Below are positions 18,787 to 27,577 of a DNA stretch of 64,000 bases, piece after piece. The stretch is from the IMG/VR virus record IMGVR_UViG_3300027026_000009; one strand, given 5' to 3'. The notes under the pieces were generated by a model. That model was not told where the DNA came from and searched no databases. It was given only the letters and a program-made list of their open reading frames with translations. Source of the stretch: an uncultured virus (IMG/VR IMGVR_UViG_3300027026_000009). Taxonomy: Duplodnaviria; Heunggongvirae; Uroviricota; Caudoviricetes. The stretch's first letter is position 1. Every line of letters begins with the position of its first letter. A program made the position numbers and the translations under genes.

Positions 18787-19260
18787 ATGAAAAGAAAATA
18801 TATCTACATAGGTGCTATCGTTGCTTTGGGCGGGCTACTATATTGGAAGTTCGGCATAAAAGCCAAACAAAAGGAAGCGGGTCTTAATACCGCAAAAGAA
18901 CCTACAAAAAAGCCAAAAATTCCAAAAGGTGATGCGGTAATTACAAGAGATGAACCGCAAACACTAGATGCCCCCGAAATTCCAGATACGACTGGAACTG
19001 GTCAGCCAGACAATACCAATACAACACTTGTGGCTGTTTCAGACCCAGATGGCGGTATAAGGCTACTTGATCCACCTACATCCCCAACACCAACTAGAAC
19101 TAAAGAACCTATTACTATTGGTCTTTCAGCTACTCAACCTTCAACTGGTGGTGTTGCTGAATATCAGAATCCAGACGACACAAATGCTTTTGGTCTTGAC
19201 GACACCGTTAACACCAGAATTAGGACAATCGATAACACTCGAATAGGACTTAACCTATAA
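18787..19260 (+). CDS. Single-TM Pro/Thr-rich membrane protein
   Basis: N-terminal TM followed by a low-complexity region. Confidence 0.7.
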   Translation: MKRKYIYIGAIVALGGLLYWKFGIKAKQKEAGLNTAKEPTKKPKIPKGDAVITRDEPQTLDAPEIPDTTGTGQPDNTNTTLVAVSDPDGGIRLLDPPTSPTPTRTKEPITIGLSATQPSTGGVAEYQNPDDTNAFGLDDTVNTRIRTIDNTRIGLNL

Positions 19261-19760
19261 TGAGTTTTGGAATGTTCATATCTGGTCTGGCTATCGGCAT
19301 TGGCGGACTTGGAATCTATAACGGTCTGAAGAAGAAATCCGTTATGCTTTCTGGTGACGCTGAAGATGTCGTGGAATTTTTTTTGGACAACGGATTTACA
19401 CTTGAACAATCAATAGGAATTGCGGGAAACCTTCAAGAAGAAAGCCAATTTAAGACAACCGCACTTGGCGACAGTGGAACTGCGTTTGGGCTTGCGCAAT
19501 GGCGTGGTTCGAGACGTGACAACCTAGAAGCTTTTGCTAAAGACAGAAACAAGGATGTTAGGGATTTTTACCTACAACTTGAATTTATACTGCATGAGTT
19601 CCAGACAGATGAAAAAAGAGCATTTGAAAAATTATTGGCTTCAAACGACCTTGAAACGGCAACTTTGAATTTTGCAAAATATTACGAGCGTCCACAAGCT
19701 TCGACTTATCCAAAGCGAATTATGTACGCCAATCAAATCTATAATAACTTATCATTATGA
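19260..19760 (+). CDS. Membrane-anchored phage tail lysozyme-type (Phage_lysozyme2) muramidase
   Basis: GIAGNLQEES, GLAQW...R...L, QLEFI.HE, F..YYERP. Confidence 0.85.
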   Translation: MSFGMFISGLAIGIGGLGIYNGLKKKSVMLSGDAEDVVEFFLDNGFTLEQSIGIAGNLQEESQFKTTALGDSGTAFGLAQWRGSRRDNLEAFAKDRNKDVRDFYLQLEFILHEFQTDEKRAFEKLLASNDLETATLNFAKYYERPQASTYPKRIMYANQIYNNLSL

Positions 19761-20176
19761 CAACTAAGACAATACTTAAAGGTTTAGGTGGTTTTGCCCT
19801 TACTGCGGGCGTGGGCTACTTGCTTTACCAATTACTGAAAAAGCAACCTAGAAACTTCAGTGAAGTTATAGACGAAACAAAAAGAACCATACAATCAGTA
19901 CCTAAAGGTGTTCAGACCGTGGTTACTGGTAAATATCAAGAATGTGGATTCCCGCTTAAAAAATGGTGCGGTGGCGAAAACGTCAAGAAACTGCAACGTT
20001 GGTTGAACAACGAAGGTCGTTATGATCTGGTTGTCGATGGAAAATTTGGTATTCTTACGGAAAATGCTGTTATAGACAATCAAATGCCATTTACTGCGTT
20101 CAAGGATATGCACCCATACGCTGTAAAGGGTCAAGTTTCAGAGGAATTTTTCAACCTTTTCATAAAGAATGCTTAA
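19757..20176 (+). CDS. Membrane-anchored peptidoglycan-binding protein
   Basis: TM; PL...G.NVKKLQRWLN...VDGKFG..TE.AV. Confidence 0.8.
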   Translation: MTTKTILKGLGGFALTAGVGYLLYQLLKKQPRNFSEVIDETKRTIQSVPKGVQTVVTGKYQECGFPLKKWCGGENVKKLQRWLNNEGRYDLVVDGKFGILTENAVIDNQMPFTAFKDMHPYAVKGQVSEEFFNLFIKNA

Positions 20177-20855
20177 AAACCGTGTACATCAAGATTTGGT
20201 GATTTTCACAATAGGCGGTCTTTTGGGGCTAGTCGGCATTTACTTTGTCATTAGAAAGAAAAATCCAGTGGCAAACAAAGCCGTTAAGCTTGCAGAGGAC
20301 GAATGGAAGCTATGGGGAAATCAATCAATGAATGAGTACGGACGTATAACAAAGGAAGGGAAAAAAGAGTATGACCAAGGGTTTGCAGAACGAGTAGGCG
20401 ACTATTGGCGTGAAGCTTTGGGCTTGAACTACAATGGAAATAATCGTGATGTCGCTTGGTCGTCCGCTTTTATCTCTTGGCTTTGGAAAAAGGCGGGTGC
20501 GGGCAAAGACTTTAAATATTCCGCTTCGCATAGCAATTACATTTATGATTCGGTATTGAACCGTTGGGATAATGACCTCAAAGCACCTTTTGTGGCTTAC
20601 AGACCATATGAAGCAGTACCAGAGGTAGGCGATATGGTTTCGTATTCCAGACAAGACCAACAAGACTTATATGCAACTCCCGCACCTTACAAATCACATA
20701 CGGACTTAGTGGTTGACAAGGGCGATGGCTACATCGATGTCATTGGCGGAAATGTAAGTCAAGGCGTTACAAAAAGACGCTTACGAACCGATAGTAAAGG
20801 TTTCTTAGCTGATACTAGAAACAAATGGTTCGCTGTTATTAAGACAAATATTTAG
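20169..20855 (+). CDS. Membrane-anchored DUF2272 (CHAP-like) protein
   Basis: WSSAFISW, S.SH..YI, P.VGDMV, SHTDLVV, IGGNV. Confidence 0.75.
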   Translation: MLKNRVHQDLVIFTIGGLLGLVGIYFVIRKKNPVANKAVKLAEDEWKLWGNQSMNEYGRITKEGKKEYDQGFAERVGDYWREALGLNYNGNNRDVAWSSAFISWLWKKAGAGKDFKYSASHSNYIYDSVLNRWDNDLKAPFVAYRPYEAVPEVGDMVSYSRQDQQDLYATPAPYKSHTDLVVDKGDGYIDVIGGNVSQGVTKRRLRTDSKGFLADTRNKWFAVIKTNI

Positions 20856-20930
20856 TATTTTTTGGTGTTTCTAGAACTTAATCGTACCTTTAACCAGTAC
20901 AATCAAGTTTAATAATCAAAATCATTTTCT

Positions 20931-21227
20931 ATGGCACGACCTTTAGGAATAGGTAAGGACATCATATCCCTTAGATTGAAGGGTTACAACTACAATCAAA
21001 TTGCACGTGCGCTCGATTGCGCCAAAGGAACTGTCCAATATCATTGCGAAAAGCAAGGTCTTACCGATATTGGGTACAATAAAGGCAGAATATCACCAGA
21101 AATACAGAAAGCCATTTTTGAGTATGCACAGAAACATACCAAAAAAGAAACGGCTGAAAAGTTCATGGTGTCATTGAGTACCGTAAAGAAATATGCAAAA
21201 AAGAAGCCAGATGATACAATTAAGTAG
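20931..21227 (+). CDS. Tandem HTH DNA-binding protein
   Basis: GYNYNQIARALDCAKGTVQYH and TKKETAEKFMVSLSTVKKY. Confidence 0.8.
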   Translation: MARPLGIGKDIISLRLKGYNYNQIARALDCAKGTVQYHCEKQGLTDIGYNKGRISPEIQKAIFEYAQKHTKKETAEKFMVSLSTVKKYAKKKPDDTIK

Positions 21228-21296
21228 ATCTGGCTTTCAAGTTTGTAATCAAAAACATTATATGGCTCAACAGAACGTTGAGATATGAATGTAGAT
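21197..21296 (-). ncRNA. Candidate small RNA 1, antisense to the early leader
   Basis: Minus-strand TATATTTG at 21308-21301, CTCAAC/GTTGAG hairpin, seed UUUUUGAUUACA, terminator stem 21204-21236 plus U-tract. Confidence 0.6.
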
Positions 21297-21347
21297 GTTA
21301 CAAATATAACCTAAAATGATATAACTGACCTAATTTTATGATGTATA

Positions 21348-22247
21348 ATGTCTAAAAAGCCCAAAAATAACTTACCGCAGTACAACGGAACAAAGGTCTT
21401 TCAAAAGGTTGCCCAAAGGGTAAAAGAAGAAAGGTTAAAGCGTGAAGGGCGTGATAAACTTCGATGGGGCGAGTGGAACGAGATACAAAAGCTTGTTAAG
21501 CAACGTAAATTAGCAGAACCTTTTTATGGTACAAGTTACAAGAAAGTCGATGTCGCACTTGTTGACAGCTATATTGAAAACAAGGTACTTGAACCTACGC
21601 AAATAGACTGTGGAAACCCATTTGCACTTAATATAGTAGATTACACTGGTGTCGAATGGTACGATATAGATAATGTCGTAAAGGAACTTCCAGATAACCT
21701 TAACATAAACGTAAATTTTGGGTCGCTAGGTCAGCTTGGAATCAAAAAGAGGGCTTTTTACGATTATAGCGATATAAGGGGAATGTTTGAAGAACTAAGG
21801 GAAATAGCCAATAACCAGTCTGGTGAGTTTTTCTTTGACGCTACAATACGAAAAATAGACCCAAATAAGCCCGATGACGATCTTTGTAATCTTTTTGTTG
21901 AATTTGCATTAACGCAAGGCGGACAAGCCGTTCCATCGCAAGGTTCTGACGCTGATTTTGTCGTTCCGCTTTCGGATGAAGAAGTGAAGCAAGCTAAAAA
22001 ACGTGCTGAACTTATTAAGAAGCTAAAGAAAAAGCGTAAACCAAAAAAAGCCCCAAAGACAGAACCGAAGCCAGAACCAAAACCTAAACCTAGAACGGAC
22101 AGTGATAAAACGGCAAGGTTAAAAGCTTTTGATTCAATCCAGAAAAATGCACTGAAATCTTTTGAATTGGGCTTGATCAGCAAAGCGGAATACCGCAAAC
22201 TGATAAAAGACGCACAACGAAATCTTGAAAAAGGCGGACAAATATAA
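21348..22247 (+). CDS. Basic Lys/Pro-rich protein ending in LEKGGQI
   Basis: ORF; carries the GG motif of the giant proteins; adjacent to the PolB-like gene. Confidence 0.7.
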   Translation: MSKKPKNNLPQYNGTKVFQKVAQRVKEERLKREGRDKLRWGEWNEIQKLVKQRKLAEPFYGTSYKKVDVALVDSYIENKVLEPTQIDCGNPFALNIVDYTGVEWYDIDNVVKELPDNLNINVNFGSLGQLGIKKRAFYDYSDIRGMFEELREIANNQSGEFFFDATIRKIDPNKPDDDLCNLFVEFALTQGGQAVPSQGSDADFVVPLSDEEVKQAKKRAELIKKLKKKRKPKKAPKTEPKPEPKPKPRTDSDKTARLKAFDSIQKNALKSFELGLISKAEYRKLIKDAQRNLEKGGQI

Positions 22248-22284
22248 TGTTCATTGACACTGAACATCTTTAAATATTGAACTA

Positions 22285-23058
22285 ATGGAAGAAAACGATT
22301 GGCAAAAAGAACACCCTAATTTAGTGGTAAGGGAAACAAAGTTTAAGCACGTCAAGTTGGAATATTTCTTGGATGCGCTGAAAAAGAAGAACATTCCTTA
22401 TTACATGACCAAAAGCGAACAGATGGCTAAGGTCATAGCTAACGGAAAGGAACACGTATTTAGACTGAAAAAAACATTTCCCAACGATAAAATGTGGCTG
22501 TTTGCAAGGGTAAAGGCGGAAGCGGAAGCTTGGGTCGAGAAAAACCCAAACTTTATCGTTCCAGATTGGTTTAAACCTTCAGTACCGTTAAATGAGGACT
22601 ATTGCGATCCAGACGCAGAGGACGACCTAATAGGTCTGGACGTTAAACACGCTTTTTGGCGCATTGCCTTTACAAGCGGTATCATAAGCGAGAATACGTA
22701 CAAAGCGGGTACACGTGAGGATTGCAAGGCAATACGCTTGGCTTGTTTATCCGTTTTGGGTCGCCAAAAATCGTATCAACCTTATGTCAATGGTTACAAG
22801 TCTGGCGACAGAGTTGTGATAAGACCAGAGAACAAGCGTTTGCGGGAAGTTTTTCATTACATACGCCATAAATGTTACGGTTATATGTCCAATATAGCCG
22901 AAAGGTTAGGTGATGAATTTTATTCCTATCGGGTCGATGAAATCATCTTTAAAAACACCGATGAAAATTTAGAAATGGTGATGAAGTACCTTGATAGCAA
23001 GGATTTGATCTATGAACCAATGTACATAGACGATGAAGAAAATGACGAAGAAGAATAG
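22285..23058 (+). CDS. Minimal family-B DNA polymerase palm-like protein (no exonuclease)
   Basis: Degenerate motif A (IGLDVKHAFW), B (KAIRLACLSVLG) and C (YSYRVDEIIF) in the correct order. Confidence 0.45.
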   Translation: MEENDWQKEHPNLVVRETKFKHVKLEYFLDALKKKNIPYYMTKSEQMAKVIANGKEHVFRLKKTFPNDKMWLFARVKAEAEAWVEKNPNFIVPDWFKPSVPLNEDYCDPDAEDDLIGLDVKHAFWRIAFTSGIISENTYKAGTREDCKAIRLACLSVLGRQKSYQPYVNGYKSGDRVVIRPENKRLREVFHYIRHKCYGYMSNIAERLGDEFYSYRVDEIIFKNTDENLEMVMKYLDSKDLIYEPMYIDDEENDEEE

Positions 23059-23072
23059 CTAAAACCAAAAAT

Positions 23073-23381
23073 ATGACAACAATTGACGAAAAGGATTTAC
23101 AGCCTTTTGACCAAAAGGATAAAGAGAAAGATTATATCGTAAGCCACTTCAAGGAAAAGGGTAAGTATTATCTTTTTTTAAGTCCTAGAGAGGTAAAGCC
23201 CGAACTTAAAAGCAAAATGTACAGATTCGGTGTATTTATAGATTCAAAACCGTATTGGCTGAACGAAGGAAAATATGTTACCTATGACAGAGCCATTGCA
23301 AAGCAAACTTATCTTTCTTTGGTCGAAAAATACGGCAGAGAAGAAGATAAAAGCGTGGTTATTTTTATGGCAAAAAAATAA
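23073..23381 (+). CDS. Hypothetical protein
   Basis: ORF; N-terminal PFDQKDKEKDY. Confidence 0.65.
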   Translation: MTTIDEKDLQPFDQKDKEKDYIVSHFKEKGKYYLFLSPREVKPELKSKMYRFGVFIDSKPYWLNEGKYVTYDRAIAKQTYLSLVEKYGREEDKSVVIFMAKK

Positions 23382-23439
23382 GGAAGCCCGAAGGCTTCCC
23401 CACTACTAATGAAATTTCCAATTGACACTAAAATTGGTT
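23372..23439 (-). ncRNA. Candidate small RNA 2
   Basis: Minus-strand TATTTTTA at 23451-23444 with late box at 23493; hairpin loop UUAGUGUC; GGAAGCC-UUCG-GGCUUCC terminator. Confidence 0.6.
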
Positions 23440-23533
23440 ATGGTAAAAATAATTAGCATTTAGGGGATAAGGGCTTCTTTTTTTAAATTTAAGTACAATA
23501 AATGACACTTGTAGCACAAAATCTGCAAGAATT

Positions 23534-23824
23534 TTGATTATGAATAATTCTGGTAAGCTAAAACTATACAGATATTACTTTAGAAACGCTGATAAACCTA
23601 TCACGATGGAAGCTTACAGTTTCAACCAAGCTAATGCGATGATGAACGAACTAGCCTTAAAGTCAAACGGTAAGGTTGACCTAAACGAAATAAACAATTT
23701 CACGGTAGAAGTTCCTTTACGTGGTGTTTCAAAAAAAATATACAAAGGTATAGAATGGGTCTGGGTTGGTCTAGATAAAGCTGAAAAGGGTTGGATGCCG
23801 ACAAGTGAATTTAATAAGCTATAA
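23534..23824 (+). CDS. Hypothetical protein
   Basis: ORF. Confidence 0.6.
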   Translation: MIMNNSGKLKLYRYYFRNADKPITMEAYSFNQANAMMNELALKSNGKVDLNEINNFTVEVPLRGVSKKIYKGIEWVWVGLDKAEKGWMPTSEFNKL

Positions 23825-24048
23825 TGAGCAACGAAAGTTATGTTAAGCAACTTATAGAGATTACAAGGTCGGATATTGACTACTTTGTTGATTACCGAAA
23901 TAGGCTTGCTATGTATATTGTAAGCTTGAACGATAGGTACGCTTACAAAAGGGTAAATGCTGAAAAAATGCTGTCTTTACTTAAAGAACTTCAAGATATA
24001 ACGGTAAAAATCAATAATTTGCGCAGAAGTATTGGTGATTTTGAGTAA
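23824..24048 (+). CDS. Hypothetical protein
   Basis: Operon ORF. Confidence 0.6.
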   Translation: MSNESYVKQLIEITRSDIDYFVDYRNRLAMYIVSLNDRYAYKRVNAEKMLSLLKELQDITVKINNLRRSIGDFE

Positions 24049-24057
24049 ATTAGTGCT

Positions 24058-24375
24058 ATGAAAAAGAATTTAGATGTAATCCTATTACTAAGTGCGGTTG
24101 GTGCGACAGCTTTTTACGTTTTTTATCTTAAACCACGTCTAAAGCAACGTGAAAAAGAAAAAAGTGAAGAAAAATTTATGCAAGATGTACAAGATGTAAG
24201 GGATGGTAAAAAAACAGCTACCGAAGTATTTGGCGATAATTTTGCCCTCTACGGCTACACTAAAAGCGGGATGCCATGCTATGTACCGCCTTGTGGAATG
24301 TATGATGCTTATAGCAACTTACCCGCAAACCAAGAATTTTTAGATACATTAAAGAACAATGCGACCAATAGCTAA
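24058..24375 (+). CDS. Single-TM membrane protein with CxVPPC motif
   Basis: N-terminal TM; PCYVPPC. Confidence 0.65.
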   Translation: MKKNLDVILLLSAVGATAFYVFYLKPRLKQREKEKSEEKFMQDVQDVRDGKKTATEVFGDNFALYGYTKSGMPCYVPPCGMYDAYSNLPANQEFLDTLKNNATNS

Positions 24376-24664
24376 AATAGCGATAACGGTAGGTGTCGTT
24401 GGCGCAATTGGCGTTATCGACTACTATTATCCAGAGATAAAGAAATGGTGGGAAAAGCGTTCTATGGAACGTAAAAAAGCTATTGCGGGTAAAGTTTTGG
24501 ATGGCGAAATGGACTTTAAAGATATGCTTGATAACGGTGTCTCAATGATGATCCTAAACCAAGTCAAAAATGAGCGTGAACAAGCTGAAGCAAAAGCAAA
24601 GTTTGAATCTACGATAAAAAACGCTTTAGAAAATATTGATAGTTCCAGAACGGTCAAAGAATGA
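24359..24664 (+). CDS. Single-TM membrane protein
   Basis: N-terminal TM. Confidence 0.6.
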   Translation: MRPIAKIAITVGVVGAIGVIDYYYPEIKKWWEKRSMERKKAIAGKVLDGEMDFKDMLDNGVSMMILNQVKNEREQAEAKAKFESTIKNALENIDSSRTVKE

Positions 24665-24964
24665 CAAAAGTTCTGTGGCATAGATAAAATTACCGATAGT
24701 CCAATACCTACCTACGCCAGTTGTCTGTAAAAGTGCTACGACATCCTTTGTGCTTTTTGGATTACTGTTTGGAAAGTTGAAAGTGCCACTAGCGGTAGAA
24801 TATACCATGTTTGCGCCAGTGAACGGTTCGGCTGATAAATCCCATACTACCAAAACATTGCTTATTCTGGTGTTGTTGCCAGTAGCGGGCGACCCAAAAA
24901 TACTAACTGGTGCGTCAACGGTGCTATTGTTTATAAGCTTTAATGTAATTTCGTCCGAGTTCAT
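24626..24964 (-). CDS. Beta-rich virion protein candidate
   Basis: N-terminal ITLKLINNSTVDAPVSIFGS resembles the first strands of 40463..41161. Confidence 0.55.
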   Translation of the reverse strand: MNSDEITLKLINNSTVDAPVSIFGSPATGNNTRISNVLVVWDLSAEPFTGANMVYSTASGTFNFPNSNPKSTKDVVALLQTTGVGRYWTIGNFIYATELLSFFDRSGTINIF

Positions 24965-24965
24965 C

Positions 24966-25412
24966 CTATTTCTTTAATATCAAATATACGGCTGTTAAAG
25001 CCAAAGCACCAAATAGCCATTTATTGACTTGCGGTGAGGTCAAGTCCGTATCAAGTATCTTAGAAACCATATGTTCGCAGTTATTGTTAACTATATGGTA
25101 TTTTTTGTCCTTTAGGACATCCGCCATTTTACTGATGTCATCTTGGGTCAAGTCCGTGTTTTTTATTGATACGATTTCACGACCTTTTGCATACTTTTTA
25201 AAATCCTCGACAACTAGGTTGCCACCAAATACGTTCGATAAGCTTTGTTGGTTGTGGTAAAACAGAATTTCATCCCCGCTTCTTACGATAAAGCCATAAT
25301 GGTATATTATTGGCATTACGTCAGCCTTCAGCTTAACCAAATCACCAGTCTTTAGATTGGCTATGTGATTTTCTTTTACGGTAGATTTTAAAAGTTCTGT
25401 CTTTATGGTCAT
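24966..25412 (-). CDS. LRAT/HRASLS-like permuted papain-fold enzyme with C-terminal TM
   Basis: GDLV...YHYG...FYH...Y....NNCEH. Confidence 0.8.
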   Translation of the reverse strand: MTIKTELLKSTVKENHIANLKTGDLVKLKADVMPIIYHYGFIVRSGDEILFYHNQQSLSNVFGGNLVVEDFKKYAKGREIVSIKNTDLTQDDISKMADVLKDKKYHIVNNNCEHMVSKILDTDLTSPQVNKWLFGALALTAVYLILKK

Positions 25413-25414
25413 AA

Positions 25415-25900
25415 CTATTTTTTTGTAATATCAAGTTCGATTTTATCGTCATAGCCCTCGAAAAAACCATAGTCGTTCATAAAGTCGATCAAGTTCTGAT
25501 TAAGCTTGTCGTTCATAAAGTCGGCATTGTTTAATGTAAGAACGTTGAAAACCATATAAACACTACTGTTAGCCTTTACAAAGTAATCAATAGTTGTCCG
25601 TCCATTGAGTACATAATCATTACTGTCCATTTTTATATTCAGCGTTGACTGGTACTGTGTTGGGTCAACGGTCGGGATTACATCCTTGGCTTGTGCATTT
25701 CCGTTTACGTCAAATTTATAAAGTCGTAAGGTCTGTAAAATCTGGTCAACGTCATTGGCTTGTACGTATATTGACTTTACGGCATAGATATTTCCCGCCA
25801 TACTTTGCAGTATTTCTTCGTATGTCGTGCTGTCTTGCGAAACAATATCGACATACTTGTTATTTCCGAATAACTGATTTGTAGGTATATGCAGTGCCAT
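25415..25900 (-). CDS. Paralog of the putative major capsid protein (second/minor capsid protein)
   Basis: TYEEIL...YVQ...QILQTL....DVNGN.....IPTVDPTQYQST aligns with 40463..41161. Confidence 0.65.
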   Translation of the reverse strand: MALHIPTNQLFGNNKYVDIVSQDSTTYEEILQSMAGNIYAVKSIYVQANDVDQILQTLRLYKFDVNGNAQAKDVIPTVDPTQYQSTLNIKMDSNDYVLNGRTTIDYFVKANSSVYMVFNVLTLNNADFMNDKLNQNLIDFMNDYGFFEGYDDKIELDITKK

Positions 25901-26244
25901 TACTCATTCATTATTACTTTGTTCGTCTTTGGATCAACGGCTTGTAATTTTTTATCTTTCAATATGATTTTAACATTGTACTCTTTTAGCAATAGGTTCT
26001 GAAGCGCATTTGCGTCCTTTTGGGTTATATTGTCATCTAGACCTTTTCTCATGGCGTTAATTGCCGTTCTAGCGTTTGTCTTGGTCATTACGTCATTTTT
26101 ATCACCTTCCAACGGTTCTGAAGTTCTCATTGATTTTATGTCGTCAATAGTTCCAAAAATGCTAGAGTTCTTTGGTCTTAAAAAGAACAATAGGACTAAA
26201 CCTAATCCTAGAGTTATAAACAATGTTTTTTCTTGCTCGTCCAT
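25900..26244 (-). CDS. Single-TM membrane protein
   Basis: N-terminal TM. Confidence 0.7.
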   Translation of the reverse strand: MDEQEKTLFITLGLGLVLLFFLRPKNSSIFGTIDDIKSMRTSEPLEGDKNDVMTKTNARTAINAMRKGLDDNITQKDANALQNLLLKEYNVKIILKDKKLQAVDPKTNKVIMNE

Positions 26245-26245
26245 A

Positions 26246-26572
26246 TTATCTTTTTCTACTAATAAATATCAATACGCCAAAAACCACCACTGCCAAAGAT
26301 AGAACTACAACGGACTTTGACTTTTGTTTTGATGTCTCGACCTTTAATTGATTGTTTCTTTCAAGTGCCATTGCTTGAAACAATATACGCTGACGCTCTA
26401 TTTCGCTCTGTGCTTTTATCAATTGGCTTTCAAGCTTTCTAGCTTGTTCCAGTTCCAGTCTTGCGACAAATTGTTGCAATTGCTGTTGTTTCCTTGCATC
26501 GCTTTCACGGATCAAGGTCTGCCCTAGCATGGTAAGTCCTTGTGACGCTAAATTTGTAACATTAATTGCCAT
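26246..26572 (-). CDS. Coiled-coil protein with C-terminal TM
   Basis: TM plus basic tail. Confidence 0.7.
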   Translation of the reverse strand: MAINVTNLASQGLTMLGQTLIRESDARKQQQLQQFVARLELEQARKLESQLIKAQSEIERQRILFQAMALERNNQLKVETSKQKSKSVVVLSLAVVVFGVLIFISRKR

Positions 26573-26933
26573 TTCTCTCTAGTTTTTGGTTGATTTGATA
26601 CACTTGGTCACTGGTTCTGGTCTGAAGGTCTTTGTTGACGCTATCTATTTTATGTACGTGATTTCGGGTATCTCTTAAATCTTTTGTGTTCTGGTCTATT
26701 TTTTTTCCTTGCTCTACCATAAGCTTAACCAAGGTGTCCAACTGGTGTTGCTGTTTGTATTTTTCAACCTCGGTAGGTATATTCTGTGTTGCCTTTATGG
26801 TATCGACCTTTTGGTTTAAGTCATCAAATGTCAAGTTCCATTTGCTGAAAATTGCAAATAGACAAGCCACTAAAACGGAAGCACCGCTAATGTACCCTAT
26901 GATTTCGCCAAATGACCTTTTACCGTTGCTCAT
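26562..26933 (-). CDS. TM plus coiled-coil protein
   Basis: N-terminal TM. Confidence 0.7.
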   Translation of the reverse strand: MSNGKRSFGEIIGYISGASVLVACLFAIFSKWNLTFDDLNQKVDTIKATQNIPTEVEKYKQQHQLDTLVKLMVEQGKKIDQNTKDLRDTRNHVHKIDSVNKDLQTRTSDQVYQINQKLERNGN

Positions 26934-27463
26934 TACCCTTCTTTTATCAATACCGTACTACTGTAAATAATAGCTATTCCAAGCCCTATCGCTATCAAAT
27001 AGATATAAACGTTTTTTTGCCTTTCCGTGCTTTCGCCTTGTAGTGCCTTTCGATATTCCGTAAGACTGTTGGCTAAAATCCGTGTTCTTTCGGTTTCGCC
27101 CAACATTCGGATTTCTTCTTCCCCTAGCAAACGTTCCGTTTCAAGCTTTGCAAGCGTAATCCTCGCTTGAAGTTCCCTTTGCTTTTTTGCTTGCCTAGAA
27201 CCAATAATTGATGAAGCTAATGAAAGTGCGCCACCCACAACTGCGCCCGCAATATTATAGTCGGCATTGGCGTAAGCGGAATCAAAAGCTTCTATAAAAC
27301 TTTGGTCGCCACTTGCGATTGCATTTGCAGATTTATCTATAATTTCAGAAAGCGTTACCTTATCTGAAGTTCTGTAACCATTGTCATTCAAAATTTTGAC
27401 AACAACTTCTGGCTTATTGTAAATAAACCTAGAAAACCGCTCGATTTCTTGTGGTGCTTGCAT
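26933..27463 (-). CDS. Virion membrane protein (paralog family with 38786, 39392, 39986)
   Basis: Shared N-terminal V.K/R.IL...G helix, YANAD, C-terminal TM. Confidence 0.65.
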   Translation of the reverse strand: MQAPQEIERFSRFIYNKPEVVVKILNDNGYRTSDKVTLSEIIDKSANAIASGDQSFIEAFDSAYANADYNIAGAVVGGALSLASSIIGSRQAKKQRELQARITLAKLETERLLGEEEIRMLGETERTRILANSLTEYRKALQGESTERQKNVYIYLIAIGLGIAIIYSSTVLIKEG

Positions 27464-27481
27464 CCGAATAGTTTCTAAATG

Positions 27482-27555
27482 TAAAAATATTAAAAGCTTA
27501 AATGATATGTCTGTAAGACCAAGTTTTTAAGTGCAATAGTTTGTATTTGTTGCAC
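27482..27555 (-). promoter_or_regulatory. Late-class promoter with GTGCAA-N13-TTGCAC palindrome
   Basis: Palindrome 27531-27555; TATTTTTA 27489-27482 (offset 42). Confidence 0.65.
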
Positions 27556-27577
27556 TAACATTATCTTATTGTCTTTT

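Noticed and set aside
6425..23850. Numerous minus-strand ORFs within the plus-strand block, and plus-strand ORFs within 24.7-61.7 kb
   Set aside because: Fully overlap better-supported genes and have no recognisable motifs
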